Assembly (NCBI GenBank): GCA_963676835.2
Contig: CAXXFF010000002.1
Span: 512,001 to 576,000 of the forward strand
DNA length: 64,000 bases
Source of the DNA: Marispirochaeta sp.
GTDB lineage: Bacteria; Spirochaetota; Spirochaetia; JC444; Marispirochaetaceae
Direction of reading: 5' to 3'
The notes beneath the pieces were generated by a model. The model saw only the letters and a list, made by a program, of their open reading frames with translations, did no database searches and had not been told where the DNA came from. Shown in pieces: positions 41,446 to 51,114 of the stretch (positions are counted from its first letter, which is position 1; the number at the start of each line of letters is the position of its first letter). The position numbers were made by a program, and so were the translations under genes.

Positions 41446-42186
41446 TCAATCTACAGCATAGAGTTTCCTCCTTACCGAGTCCCCGGTTATTACAATTCTA
41501 TGAGAATGAAAGGCAAGACGGTCCATTATGGCATCGGCAATCGTGGGGTCACCGATAATGCTGTGCCAGTTTTCTACCGGCTGTTGGGCGATCACTATCG
41601 TAGATTTTCTCCGGTGTCGATCTTCAAGGATTTCAAGAAATGCCATCCGTGCAGTATGCTCCAGCGGTTCCAGACCGAAGTCATCGATAATGACCAGCTT
41701 GTTTTTCATTATGCGTGACAAGTGCTTCAGGTAGGTTCCATCATCCCTTGCCGCCGCTATTTCATTGAATAAACGCGTTGTGGAAAAGTAAGCGACGGTA
41801 TACCCATACTGACATGCCTGATGTCCGAAAGCCGATCCAAGAAAACTTTTTCCTCCTCCGGTCGGACCCGTGATGAGCAGGTCCTGCCCCCGGGATATCC
41901 AGGAGCAGGCTGCAAGTCTTAAGATCTGGTTTTTGTCCAGATTCCGGTCGAAGGTATAGTCGATATCTTCAATCGCTGCCTTATAGCGGAAACGGGCCGC
42001 ATTGGCAAGGCGCGCCAGTCGGCGATTGTGTTTCTCATCCCATTCTGAGTCGACAAGGTAGCTGATAACCTCATCGGTTGTAAGATCCATATGGCGTCCG
42101 GTCTCCTGCAGTGTACGGAAGGCCTGTACCATTCCGTGGAGACGCATCTCGGTCATCTTGTTGATTGTCGCCTGATTATTATTCAT
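41446..42186 (-). CDS. istB: IS21 helper ATPase
   Basis: GPTGGGKS, IIDDFG, ADAIMDRL. Confidence 0.95.
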   Translation of the reverse strand: MNNNQATINKMTEMRLHGMVQAFRTLQETGRHMDLTTDEVISYLVDSEWDEKHNRRLARLANAARFRYKAAIEDIDYTFDRNLDKNQILRLAACSWISRGQDLLITGPTGGGKSFLGSAFGHQACQYGYTVAYFSTTRLFNEIAAARDDGTYLKHLSRIMKNKLVIIDDFGLEPLEHTARMAFLEILEDRHRRKSTIVIAQQPVENWHSIIGDPTIADAIMDRLAFHSHRIVITGDSVRRKLYAVD

Positions 42187-42194
42187 CGGTTACC

Positions 42195-43757
42195 TCATTT
42201 GTAGATTGCAGAATCCCGCAGGTTCTTGTGATCGGCGAAGAGAAACACCTGTTTGTTCTGCTGTTCATCCTTTTCTTGTCGCATGATTTCATCCAGATAT
42301 GCACGAACATCCCGATAACTGATTCTCGAGTAGTTCAACGCACGTCGGCAGGCCCAGTTCAGCCGGTGTGATCCGGCATCCTTTGCCAGGTTCAGCACAC
42401 CAAGGCAGGATTTGTACGCCTGCTGCTCATGTGGCTTGCTGTTTAATAGATGTGAAATCACCAGGAACGTCTCTTCTCCAATCGACTCAGCCCAGGTGGT
42501 AAACTTCTCCGCCGACCATGATTCAACAAATTGATGGTGCCTGGGCATGTGTGCGGACTGTGTGGAGTATTGTCCTTTCTTTCTGCTCCGGCGGTGCTGG
42601 GCTACGCGTACATTCTTGTGATATACCGCTATAATTCGCTCATCAAAGATCACTTTGACCTGTTCTCCCTTCAGCTGCCAGGGAACAGAGTAGTAGTGCT
42701 TATCTTTTGACAGAATAAAGTGATAGTCCGGTGCAACCTTGTGAGTTTCGAAGTATTTCATTGGATACGGTTCGCCCGGCAGCGTCTTCAGCGCAGACCG
42801 TTCGATCTCTTCAAACAACTGACGCCGTGAGATTTGCAGCTTTGTCAGTTTCCGGGTATTGTGTTCTTCAAGAAGTTCTGCGATGGCCTGGTTGAGCTCA
42901 GCCAACGAATGGAACCTCTTGCCGTACAGCGGGGCGAATATCCGCTGATAGGTTAACTTGACGGCATTCTCCGCCAGGGATTTGTCTTTCGGTTTATAGG
43001 CCCTGGCGGGGATTATCGTCGTCCGGTAGTAATCGGCAAAATCATCGAACAACGGATTAAGCTCCGGCTCATATTTACTCGCACTGAGCACGGCCGCCTT
43101 CAGGTTATCCGGGACGAGAGCTCGCGGAACCCCGCCGAAGTACCTCAAAGCCCGTTCTGTGGAGCGGACAAAGGCCTCTTGTTTCTGGCTCTCACTTGCT
43201 TCAACATAGGCCAGCTGACTTGCTCCGAGTACCGCAACGAATATTTGTGCCCGCTGCTCATCTCCATCAGGATAGTAAGGGAACGTTTCTCCGGCATAGT
43301 CGAGATATGCCATATCTCCAGGCTCGTGGGGCTGACGCATCGTCACCTCACCGCAGTCCAGAAACACCGTAAAGTGGTGACAGAACTGACTGTATCTATA
43401 TCCGTTTGGATACTTTCTACGGTATTCCTTCCATAGGAACTGCTTCGTCATCCCCCGCTGTTTCAGCCGTTTGGCGTACTCGGGGAACAGTGTCGTTAGT
43501 TGTGTATACTGCTCACTTTCTTCCTGCTTTTTCTCTTCGAACAGGCCAAGCAGCTGCTCATCGGTAAGCTTTTGGCTTGCTGCATAGCTGATCCCGGTGC
43601 GGCGGAATCGCACCAGATATTCGCTGACTGTGGTTTTAGATACTCCGGTCAGTTGGGATACATCCCGAAGTCCCAGCTTGCTCTCGTACGTGAGCGCAAG
43701 CAGTTTACGCATGTGTTTCACATGAATCCTCGCTCTCGACATTCTGTACTCCGTCAA
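42195..43757 (-). CDS. istA: IS21 DDE transposase
   Basis: YSQFC, DYAG, VPDNLK, PKDKSLAE, YYSVP. Confidence 0.95.
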   Translation of the reverse strand: MTEYRMSRARIHVKHMRKLLALTYESKLGLRDVSQLTGVSKTTVSEYLVRFRRTGISYAASQKLTDEQLLGLFEEKKQEESEQYTQLTTLFPEYAKRLKQRGMTKQFLWKEYRRKYPNGYRYSQFCHHFTVFLDCGEVTMRQPHEPGDMAYLDYAGETFPYYPDGDEQRAQIFVAVLGASQLAYVEASESQKQEAFVRSTERALRYFGGVPRALVPDNLKAAVLSASKYEPELNPLFDDFADYYRTTIIPARAYKPKDKSLAENAVKLTYQRIFAPLYGKRFHSLAELNQAIAELLEEHNTRKLTKLQISRRQLFEEIERSALKTLPGEPYPMKYFETHKVAPDYHFILSKDKHYYSVPWQLKGEQVKVIFDERIIAVYHKNVRVAQHRRSRKKGQYSTQSAHMPRHHQFVESWSAEKFTTWAESIGEETFLVISHLLNSKPHEQQAYKSCLGVLNLAKDAGSHRLNWACRRALNYSRISYRDVRAYLDEIMRQEKDEQQNKQVFLFADHKNLRDSAIYK

Positions 43758-43817
43758 ATAGTAGTTTTGCTATTGTGACGAGAGTGCTCGTGTTAATCGA
43801 GGATTTCTTATTTCAGG

Positions 43818-44489
43818 TTAAAGCAATTCCGGCGCTCCGGAAAAACTGTCCGTTTTCGGCCGGAACAGGTGTCCGTTTTTGCCCGGAATCACTGTCCGCT
43901 TTCCTCCGGAATGGGTGTCCGTTTTCGGCCGGTGTACACATCCGGGGTCAACCTGTTCGGATTCATATGATTTTTTGATTTTTATATATATTTTTGTCAA
44001 TTTTTCAATCTCACGCATTTTCTGTATTGAATCAACTGTCCAGGGACTATCCCTATGCTCTGACATCACAGTCGAGAACATATAGTATGCTTCAGCCATT
44101 TTATTAATTAAAGAATCAATTACTGCCGGGGTATCAACTGCTGTTTTAACGGCATCAGCATTAAATAAACCTTCAATTGAAAAATATTTCCATTGCGAAG
44201 GATGAATTGTCTGGATTATTTTAATGCCTTTTTTATATATAATATATGCATCATCTCTTTCCGGAACGCTACTGACAGTCTGTTGCGTATCAATCTTTTT
44301 AAGCAGGTTCGAATAAGCCTGATTAAGACGGATCATTGAGAGATGGCTGTTACAGGTGGTCTGATTGGTATCAGGATGAAACTTCTTTGATTTCTCCCGG
44401 AAGGCTTTTTTCAGCTCGGAATATGAAAACGTCTCATCAAGGCCGAGAATATCATTATCAGTCATCTTTTTCCCTGTCGCATGTTTCAT
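43818..44489 (-). CDS. J-domain (DnaJ-like) protein with C-terminus replaced by IS21 read-through
   Basis: ILGL..LKKAFR..FHPD. Sequence after VDPG comes from the IS end. Confidence 0.75.
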   Translation of the reverse strand: MKHATGKKMTDNDILGLDETFSYSELKKAFREKSKKFHPDTNQTTCNSHLSMIRLNQAYSNLLKKIDTQQTVSSVPERDDAYIIYKKGIKIIQTIHPSQWKYFSIEGLFNADAVKTAVDTPAVIDSLINKMAEAYYMFSTVMSEHRDSPWTVDSIQKMREIEKLTKIYIKIKKSYESEQVDPGCVHRPKTDTHSGGKRTVIPGKNGHLFRPKTDSFSGAPELL

Positions 44490-45067
44490 ATTTCACCCGG
44501 CATAATATTCCCAGGCACCGGCCTGGACGTATCATAAACCAGTTCAATATATTTTTTATTGTTATACTCAAATTCTTTAAGCTTTTCCATTTTCAATTTA
44601 TCAATGTGGGCTTTAACGGATCTTGGATTCTTTACATTCACAAATGTCACCAGAAAAGGGTACTGCTCTTCCATAACAAGCCTGGCAAACTCAAACAATC
44701 CTTCAAGAACCCCTTTGCCACGGAATTTTTTATCTATGCATACCGGACCATATTGGTATGAGTTTTCAACCGTTAGCGTGTGCCCCTGATAACGTAAACT
44801 CTCTAAATCTTTTATCATATGCTGGAACATAGGCCATTTTGAGCAGTATTCCCAGGATGCTGACATCACAAAACCGATAATCAGATTGTCTTCGACAGCA
44901 ACAACTAATCCGTTCTCTTTTATGAGTTCCAGCAATAACTCCCGGTTCAGAAGAGTGGTTACAAAACCATCCGCCTTATCTGATTCTGCGATCGTATCGA
45001 TATGGTATTTTCTGTGTAATGACAAAACACCGGGGATATCATTACCGGCAGCCAGTCTGTATTCCAT
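44486..45067 (-). CDS. GNAT acetyltransferase
   Basis: DGFVT, YQYGPVCI, RGKG, NPRS..AH. Confidence 0.8.
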   Translation of the reverse strand: MEYRLAAGNDIPGVLSLHRKYHIDTIAESDKADGFVTTLLNRELLLELIKENGLVVAVEDNLIIGFVMSASWEYCSKWPMFQHMIKDLESLRYQGHTLTVENSYQYGPVCIDKKFRGKGVLEGLFEFARLVMEEQYPFLVTFVNVKNPRSVKAHIDKLKMEKLKEFEYNNKKYIELVYDTSRPVPGNIMPGEI

Positions 45068-45334
45068 TCATCCACCTCGGCAGCAATTCTACGCAGTATA
45101 CTGATAATAACGTGCAAACATCTAATCACTCATTCCCTGAAGTTTCTGTCACAACATCGGAGCGACTTGGTTGTCGGTTGTTCTAACTTAACATAACCAA
45201 TTTTAAATTAAACTCAGCGGGAAGCAGTTCACCATAAACACGATTGTTTTTGAACAGAATCATGTCATTATCAAAAACCAATACTTCTTCCATAAGATCT
45301 CTGCCGTCTGAACGAAGAAAAACATCATCGCAAC

Positions 45335-45823
45335 CTAAAGATGCTTCTGCATATAGACAATATCAAATTCTCTTCCAAGCTTGGTACCTATTCTCCTGAA
45401 TCTCCCGCATTCGCGAAAGCCGTTTTTCATATGGAACCGCTGACTAATCAGATTCTCTCCCGAAATAGAAACCAATACCTGCGTTTTTCCTTTTTTCCTG
45501 GCAGCTTCTAACAGCTGTTCGAGGATAAACGCCCCAACCCCCTGGCCTGTTGATTCTTCCGCCAGGAAGTATGTCAACTCTACGGTCTTCTCAAAGGTCG
45601 GATTGTCCGAATAGGGTTTAAGCTGGCAGAATCCGATCAGAGAATTGGCCTCATTTAGAATGGCAAATCCGCAAAGCCGCCTTGCATTATCAATAAACTT
45701 GTCAAAGTAATCATAGTCAACCTCCTCCGGCCGATAAGCATAGGTTGTATTACGAATGTAGTAGTTATAAATATCAATTACCGGCTTTCTGTGCCGTTCC
45801 TCCAGGGGTTCGAGTGTAACCAT
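45335..45823 (-). CDS. GNAT acetyltransferase (phosphinothricin/YncA-like)
   Basis: IYNYYI, GQGVG, N..S..FH...GF, GTKLG..FD. Confidence 0.85.
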   Translation of the reverse strand: MVTLEPLEERHRKPVIDIYNYYIRNTTYAYRPEEVDYDYFDKFIDNARRLCGFAILNEANSLIGFCQLKPYSDNPTFEKTVELTYFLAEESTGQGVGAFILEQLLEAARKKGKTQVLVSISGENLISQRFHMKNGFRECGRFRRIGTKLGREFDIVYMQKHL

Positions 45824-45897
45824 GCGCAACTCCCTATACATTTTTAGTCGAAAACTGCTCCAGTAGAACTCTAACAATCCTGGCGCGAAGGAGCATA

Positions 45898-46437
45898 TTA
45901 CTTATTCTTACTCCCCAATCTATACAGAAACATTTGTGTATTTCCCGGCCTTGCTATTTCTGCTTCCAGTTTCATGCCGGCTTTAACAGCGATTTTTTGT
46001 GATATTTTATTATCAGGCTTTATTAAAGCTACTACACTATTAATTTTCTTTTCGTTGAATGCATAATTCAATAGCATTTCAGAGACTTCTGATGCATACC
46101 CGTTACCCCAATAAATCTCATCGATAACATAGATAACTTCAACTTCATCCTGGCCTTCTATACTCTTTTTCAACAAACCGCAGTGGCCGATGAGATTATG
46201 GGAAGTCCTCTCTTCCAGAATCCAAAGGTCATACTCTTCTTTAAATGGATTGTCTATATTTTCCTGTACAATAGGTTGGATTTCATTATTGTCTCTTGGA
46301 CCACCCATATATTTGGTTACCGCTGGATTGGTCCAAAGATTCACTACGAAATCTTTATCAGAAGGTACAATATTCCGTAATAACAATCGATTAGACTTTA
46401 TGCTGACAACATATTTTGCAGGTTCATTTTTTTTCAT
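45898..46437 (-). CDS. GNAT acetyltransferase (RimJ/RimL-like)
   Basis: SNRLLLR, IGHCGL, YWGNGYASE, N..S. Confidence 0.88.
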   Translation of the reverse strand: MKKNEPAKYVVSIKSNRLLLRNIVPSDKDFVVNLWTNPAVTKYMGGPRDNNEIQPIVQENIDNPFKEEYDLWILEERTSHNLIGHCGLLKKSIEGQDEVEVIYVIDEIYWGNGYASEVSEMLLNYAFNEKKINSVVALIKPDNKISQKIAVKAGMKLEAEIARPGNTQMFLYRLGSKNK

Positions 46438-46558
46438 ATCATTCTCACGCTATCTTCCGTTCTTCAGTACAGTTTAAGACTGCCTGCAGTTAAACTGTAA
46501 CAGTGTCCATCGATATAGAAGAGGCAGCAATTGTTGTTTCCTGAAACACGGATATTAC

Positions 46559-46795
46559 TTACTCTTCCGGCAAGGCCTCAAATTCTTTCTTCCTGGTTTC
46601 AAACCATTCCTGCATTTTCTGAGGCTTTTCCATTAACGCTTTCATGTCATTCATCGCCTTAAGGTGAGCCTCATCACCTTTTTGAAACATTTCCATTCCA
46701 TGATTTTTACTTAATTCGGCTATCTCTTCGAAAGTGTTTGCCTGAAAAATCTTGTTACAAGCTCCGCCAAGTTGCCTGCAGGTCATTGATTTCAT
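46559..46795 (-). CDS. DUF1059-like small protein
   Basis: MTCRQLGGAC, HG, H. Confidence 0.7.
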   Translation of the reverse strand: MKSMTCRQLGGACNKIFQANTFEEIAELSKNHGMEMFQKGDEAHLKAMNDMKALMEKPQKMQEWFETRKKEFEALPEE

Positions 46796-46921
46796 AAAAA
46801 CTCCTTCATGGAGGACATACTCTTTAAATGATATCAAACATTAAAGAAGTTGCAACCTAACATATAGCAAATAGATAAAGTTGGTCGGTGTCTGATCTTC
46901 GGGAATCGATATATCCAACGA

Positions 46922-47416
46922 CTATAGCTTCTTCTCCATACAATAAAACGGTTGTTCCCTAAACGGAAATGTCACTTCTCCGATATTCGCATACCCTTTA
47001 CTCAAATACAATTTCTGCGCAACCTTATTCGCACTGTATACATCCAATCTTACACTACTGTACTTATTCTTTCTGGCATAAGCTTCAATGAACTCCATCA
47101 GTCTACCTGCGATACCCCGGCCCTGAAAATCAGGATGAACTGCCAGCCTGTGTATAATCAGGTTCTTCCCATCCGCATCGCCCCACTTGACTTGCCCATA
47201 TTCTATTGGCTGTTCTTCGTTGATCGCAAAATAGGCCTCACATAAGTCCTCTTCTTTAATTACATATCCATATCCATTTTTTATATCTTCTTCAACAATC
47301 GCATGAGTGGGATAGTGTTCATTCCATTGATAAATCCCCTGTGATTCCATGGAAGAAATGCATTCAGAAAACATGCTCATAATTATAAGCAGATCTTGTA
47401 CTTGTGCTATGGTCAT
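46922..47416 (-). CDS. GNAT acetyltransferase
   Basis: QWNEHYP, IHRLAVHP.FQGRG, N..A..LY. Confidence 0.88.
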   Translation of the reverse strand: MTIAQVQDLLIIMSMFSECISSMESQGIYQWNEHYPTHAIVEEDIKNGYGYVIKEEDLCEAYFAINEEQPIEYGQVKWGDADGKNLIIHRLAVHPDFQGRGIAGRLMEFIEAYARKNKYSSVRLDVYSANKVAQKLYLSKGYANIGEVTFPFREQPFYCMEKKL

Positions 47417-47544
47417 TCCTATTAATCACCTCACTTGTTTCTTTTTTATACTTTTTATTGAAACACAGGGAAAACTGCACCTGTCATCCCGTGAAGTTGT
47501 TAAAGAAAATATGGGTAGAGCTGTATATCCCCTTTTTTGTATTG

Positions 47545-47997
47545 TTAATTTATGCCTTCAGCAGAATTATAATAATTGCTCACACTTTCTTTTACAAATA
47601 GATACCAATAGATGACTAAACTAAACAGAAGTGAAGGGAGTATATTTATAAGAGTGAGCAACTCATTCATTCTCAGAACCGGTAAAATAATTGATGGAAT
47701 CATATAACTACACATCATCAACAACCTTCCCCATTTTATTCTATTCAAAATTGTATACCCGCAAATTGGACAGATTATACCTGCAGCAACAAAAATCCAG
47801 GGGGCTTTTGTTTTCATAAAATCACCATAAGTCATTGCAACACCATTTACAGTGTAATTCATCCCGGGAAAAGGGATGACAGCTATTATAAACAGACTGA
47901 AACAGAGAAAACATAATGCCACTACACGCAATACAAAAGGCATAGATGCAATCTTTGATCTAAACGCCTGTATATATTCAATAATTTTGAAATACAT
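47545..47997 (-). CDS. Hypothetical membrane protein (distal cassette)
   Basis: Four TM segments, starts just after site 1. Confidence 0.6.
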   Translation of the reverse strand: MYFKIIEYIQAFRSKIASMPFVLRVVALCFLCFSLFIIAVIPFPGMNYTVNGVAMTYGDFMKTKAPWIFVAAGIICPICGYTILNRIKWGRLLMMCSYMIPSIILPVLRMNELLTLINILPSLLFSLVIYWYLFVKESVSNYYNSAEGIN

Positions 47998-48030
47998 TTT
48001 TCTCCTCGAACCAATTCTTTAGTTAATTTC

Positions 48031-48112
48031 ATACAATGTCCCACGAATAGGTGAAGTTGCTATGGGAAATTTGGGGGAAGTCACAAGCGAGACCGTGCAT
48101 TCGCTGTTGTAT
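48031..48112 (-). repeat. attC-like site 1 (degenerate)
   Basis: ATACAAT-gtccc-acgaata...cattcgc-t-GTTGTAT. Confidence 0.7.
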
Positions 48113-48130
48113 GATGTGCTTGTTAGTGTG

Positions 48131-48574
48131 CTATGCCTTTTCCAACATCCTCTTTAAATCATCCATGTCAGCAAGAAAAGCCTTCTTCATCCCACCCACC
48201 ATAAATGAAAAGAGTAAATTGAGAAGTTTCGCAGTAAAAGTAGTTGCTCTTCCGGAAAACTCAATTGAAACTCCGGTTTTACCGCCTTCATCAATAAAAC
48301 GCCATTCTGTAGCGTAGTGCATTCCGTTTGACTGCGCCTCTTCTTTGAAATAGTCGGGAGGGTTGAATTGAGTTATTTCCATTGTTTCGCTGGATTCTTT
48401 TCCAAACATGACTCGGGTTTCTTTAAACTTACTCCCTATGCCGACTTCTCCAGGTGTCAAGATTTCAATACTTTTAATGGCCTTTACGTTGTTTGCTAAA
48501 TTTTTCAGGTCAGAAAACGCATTGAATACTTCAGCCTTTTCTGCATTGATTGTGCCATGGGCTTTAACTTTCAT
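48131..48574 (-). CDS. SRPBCC/polyketide cyclase-like protein (cassette)
   Basis: GIGSKFKETRVMFGK, DMDDLKR. Confidence 0.85.
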   Translation of the reverse strand: MKVKAHGTINAEKAEVFNAFSDLKNLANNVKAIKSIEILTPGEVGIGSKFKETRVMFGKESSETMEITQFNPPDYFKEEAQSNGMHYATEWRFIDEGGKTGVSIEFSGRATTFTAKLLNLLFSFMVGGMKKAFLADMDDLKRMLEKA

Positions 48575-48667
48575 TCTGGTCTCCTTTGCTATTTTCAAAC
48601 TTAACTATAGGTATTTCTATAGAATTCAAAACTGCTTTCAGCTGTTCTGCCGAACACCGGCAGTTTC

Positions 48668-48741
48668 ATACAACATTCCGCGAAGTTGTCGAAAGCAATT
48701 TGGGTGACGCCGCAGGCGGAACCGCTTATTTGCTGTTAGGT
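48668..48741 (-). repeat. attC-like site 2 (internal deletion)
   Basis: ATACAAC-attcc-gcgaa...tatttgc-t-GTTAGGT. Confidence 0.75.
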
Positions 48742-48759
48742 GACGTTCTGTTTTTGCAC

Positions 48760-49059
48760 TTAAGATACTTTCACTTGTTGAATTTTATCGAGTTCTATTT
48801 CAATTTTTGGACGTTCAATACGCAATTCATACTCATCCTGAATTCCAAGCCAAAAATCTGGAGAGTTTCCAAAATACTTAGCTAAGCGAAGAGCAGTGTC
48901 TGCAGTAATCTTACGATTTCCCTTTAGAATTTGAGAAATTCTAGTCGCTGGCATATTTGTATCTTTTGCTAACCGATATGCACTTATGTTCATTGGACCA
49001 AGAAATTCTTCTAGGAGAATTTCTCCTGGAGTTATTACTGGGATTTTTTCCATACTCAC
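48760..49059 (-). CDS. higA: HigA antitoxin
   Basis: PGEILLEEFL, ITADTALRLAKYFG.SPDFWL. Confidence 0.93.
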   Translation of the reverse strand: MSMEKIPVITPGEILLEEFLGPMNISAYRLAKDTNMPATRISQILKGNRKITADTALRLAKYFGNSPDFWLGIQDEYELRIERPKIEIELDKIQQVKVS

Positions 49060-49343
49060 CTCTTATGGTAATCAGTTATCTCGACTTCGGTGGCTGTTCC
49101 ATTATTCCAATAAAAACAAATACGCCACTGAGAATTAATCCTTATGCTGTACTGCCCTTTTCTATCCCCTGAAAGCTGCTCAAGTCTGTTACCCGGCGGT
49201 ACCCTAAGATCATTGATGTCTTTTGATCGATGTATAAGTATTAACTTTCTTAAGCCTATTCTTTGCATTTCTTTCGGGAAATGTTTTGAATAGGTTCCAT
49301 TCCATATTTTCTTTGTGTCTTTATCTTTAAAAGATTCTATCAC
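49056..49343 (-). CDS. higB: HigB (RelE-like) toxin
   Basis: DLRVPPGNRLEQL.GDRKGQYSIRIN.QWRICF, DYH. Confidence 0.93.
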   Translation of the reverse strand: MIESFKDKDTKKIWNGTYSKHFPKEMQRIGLRKLILIHRSKDINDLRVPPGNRLEQLSGDRKGQYSIRINSQWRICFYWNNGTATEVEITDYHKR

Positions 49344-49349
49344 TAATCA

Positions 49350-49378
49350 ATAGTAACGCTTCTCGTTACTAACGTCAA
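49350..49378 (-). promoter_or_regulatory. higBA promoter/operator
   Basis: TTGACG-N17-TACTAT enclosing the palindrome TAGTAACG-N5-CGTTACTA. Confidence 0.75.
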
Positions 49379-49404
49379 GCGTTAATATATTTAAACAGAA
49401 TGTC

Positions 49405-49486
49405 ATTTAACGTTCCGCGAATATATGAAGTTGGCCGAAGGCCAATCTTTGTGAAGCGCAGCGAAACCGCCTATTCGCTGTTATAT
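49405..49486 (-). repeat. attC-like site 3
   Basis: ATTTAAC-gttcc-gcgaata...tattcgc-t-GTTATAT. Confidence 0.85.
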
Positions 49487-49532
49487 GTCGTTTGACTGTA
49501 ACCGTCAATTAAACCTCACCCAGAGAAAAAAA

Positions 49533-51053
49533 TCAGAGGGAAATATTCCATGGCAGCAATTTTTCCCAGTTATCAGATTCATTCATGAGTGGAGCTTCCT
49601 CAAAAACGCGTCTCAGGTAGTCGTTCGGGTTCACATTATTTTGTTTGGCTGTCTCAATCAGTGAATACATGGCACAGGAACTTTCTGCCCCCTTTGGACT
49701 ACCGGAAAATAACCAGTTCTTTCGGCCCAGAACAAACGGCCGAATAGCCTGTTCCGCGCTATTGTTGTCAGGTGTCAGATAAGGAGAATCGAGGTAGTGT
49801 ACCAGTTTCTCCCATTCGTTCAAGGTGTACTGAATTGCTTTCCCAAGCAATAACGAAGGAGGAACCTGCTGACTGCGTTTTTCAAGCCAGGTTCTAAACT
49901 TCTGCAAAACCGGTTCCGCCTGAGATTTGCGCTGGTCAACAAACTGGTCTTCGGGCAATTCCATACTGCGAAGACGCTCTTCAATTCCATACAGTTTCCT
50001 GATGGCATTCAATGCTTCCTGTGCACTTGCTGCTTTCTTCGAGGCCTTTGCAGCTTCATGAAACTTTCGCCGAACATGGGCCATGCAGCCGACATGGACT
50101 ATCTGTTCATTCCCCGCCAGGGCTGTACGATACGCATCATAGCCGTCGGTCTGTAAAAAGCCGCTGAATCCATCGAGAAGTTCTTTAATATGCCGGGACC
50201 CGCGGGTTTCCCGGTATGAATAAAGCAATCCCGGGTTTTCCGGAGGGCCGCCGCGGGCAAGCCACATATAGGATTTCGCCGTGTCAGGGCGTTCCGGTTC
50301 TCCGTGTACCTGGACCGGGGTTTCATCCATGTTGATGACCGGCCCTGACCGGATATGCGTTTTCAGTGTTTCTATTAACGGTTCAATTTTATCAAACGCC
50401 GCCTGCTGCCAGTTGCTCATGTTCTGACGGCTTATGTGGATGCCGATTCTTTCAAACCGTTTCTCCTGCCGGTAATAGGGCAGATGATCGACAAACTTGT
50501 TCACTATGATGAAGGAGATCAATCCTGGCGTTACAATGCTTTTAGGGATAATACTTGCAGGGGGATCAGCAACCCTTACCGCCGGCTTCTCTTCATCCCC
50601 GGAGCCTTCACAGTTTTTACAGGCATACTTGGGGCGGATAATCCGTTCCACCCACATCTTCGGGGGGATTACCTGTAAGCGCTCGCTGGTCTCTTCGCCG
50701 ATACGAACCAGCGCATGGCCGCAGGCACACTGTTTTTCTTCTTCGGGAATATCAATGATGATCTCATCCCGGGGAAGGCTTTCATCAATTGGTTTTCTGC
50801 CGGATTTCCTGCGGGGATGGGACTGAACTGGTACGGAAGTCTCTGATGCATCGTTCTCCGAAGTACCATTCTCTTCAAGTCCGAACAACAGCGGTTGATA
50901 CTCATCCAGTTGTTCTTTTTCACTTTTACGGCCAAATTTCTGAAGAAGAAGCAATTTGTACTGCTCTTCCAAGGCACCATAACGCTGCTCCCAGGAACTA
51001 TTAAGTTCGTGGATATAGTCCTGTACTTCCCTGGGAAGTTCTGTAACATCCAT
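49533..51053 (-). CDS. tnpC: IS66 DDE transposase (outer)
   Basis: Zn-finger, KFVDHLPYYRQ, DET, TDGY, CMAHVRRKF, NN.AE.AIRP, GRKNWLF. Confidence 0.95.
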   Translation of the reverse strand: MDVTELPREVQDYIHELNSSWEQRYGALEEQYKLLLLQKFGRKSEKEQLDEYQPLLFGLEENGTSENDASETSVPVQSHPRRKSGRKPIDESLPRDEIIIDIPEEEKQCACGHALVRIGEETSERLQVIPPKMWVERIIRPKYACKNCEGSGDEEKPAVRVADPPASIIPKSIVTPGLISFIIVNKFVDHLPYYRQEKRFERIGIHISRQNMSNWQQAAFDKIEPLIETLKTHIRSGPVINMDETPVQVHGEPERPDTAKSYMWLARGGPPENPGLLYSYRETRGSRHIKELLDGFSGFLQTDGYDAYRTALAGNEQIVHVGCMAHVRRKFHEAAKASKKAASAQEALNAIRKLYGIEERLRSMELPEDQFVDQRKSQAEPVLQKFRTWLEKRSQQVPPSLLLGKAIQYTLNEWEKLVHYLDSPYLTPDNNSAEQAIRPFVLGRKNWLFSGSPKGAESSCAMYSLIETAKQNNVNPNDYLRRVFEEAPLMNESDNWEKLLPWNISL

Positions 51054-51114
51054 GCTAATAAGAATTCTAGCATGCCGTACATTCTATGTAAATTCCTTTA
51101 CACCAATAATATGC

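Larger units (their letters stand above)
41344..43940 (-). mobile_element. IS21 family insertion sequence
   Basis: Ends TGTGTA...TACACA, repeated ~21-bp TTCCGGnnGAAAACGGACA boxes (2 left, 4 right), TCCG duplication at 41340-41343 and 43941-43944, istA-istB. Confidence 0.93.

Noticed and set aside
43847..43932. Four ~21-bp direct repeats (iterons or mini-CRISPR)
   Set aside because: They are the transposase-binding repeats normal for IS21 ends and recur inverted at 41350-41391.
45100..45330. Possible gene fragment or site remnant
   Set aside because: No convincing ORF or site match by eye.
46468..46499. Hairpin TACAGTTTAA...TTAAACTGTA as another cassette site
   Set aside because: Lacks the AAC-N5/N1-GTT frame and the GAAGTT motif; more likely an ordinary hairpin or operator.
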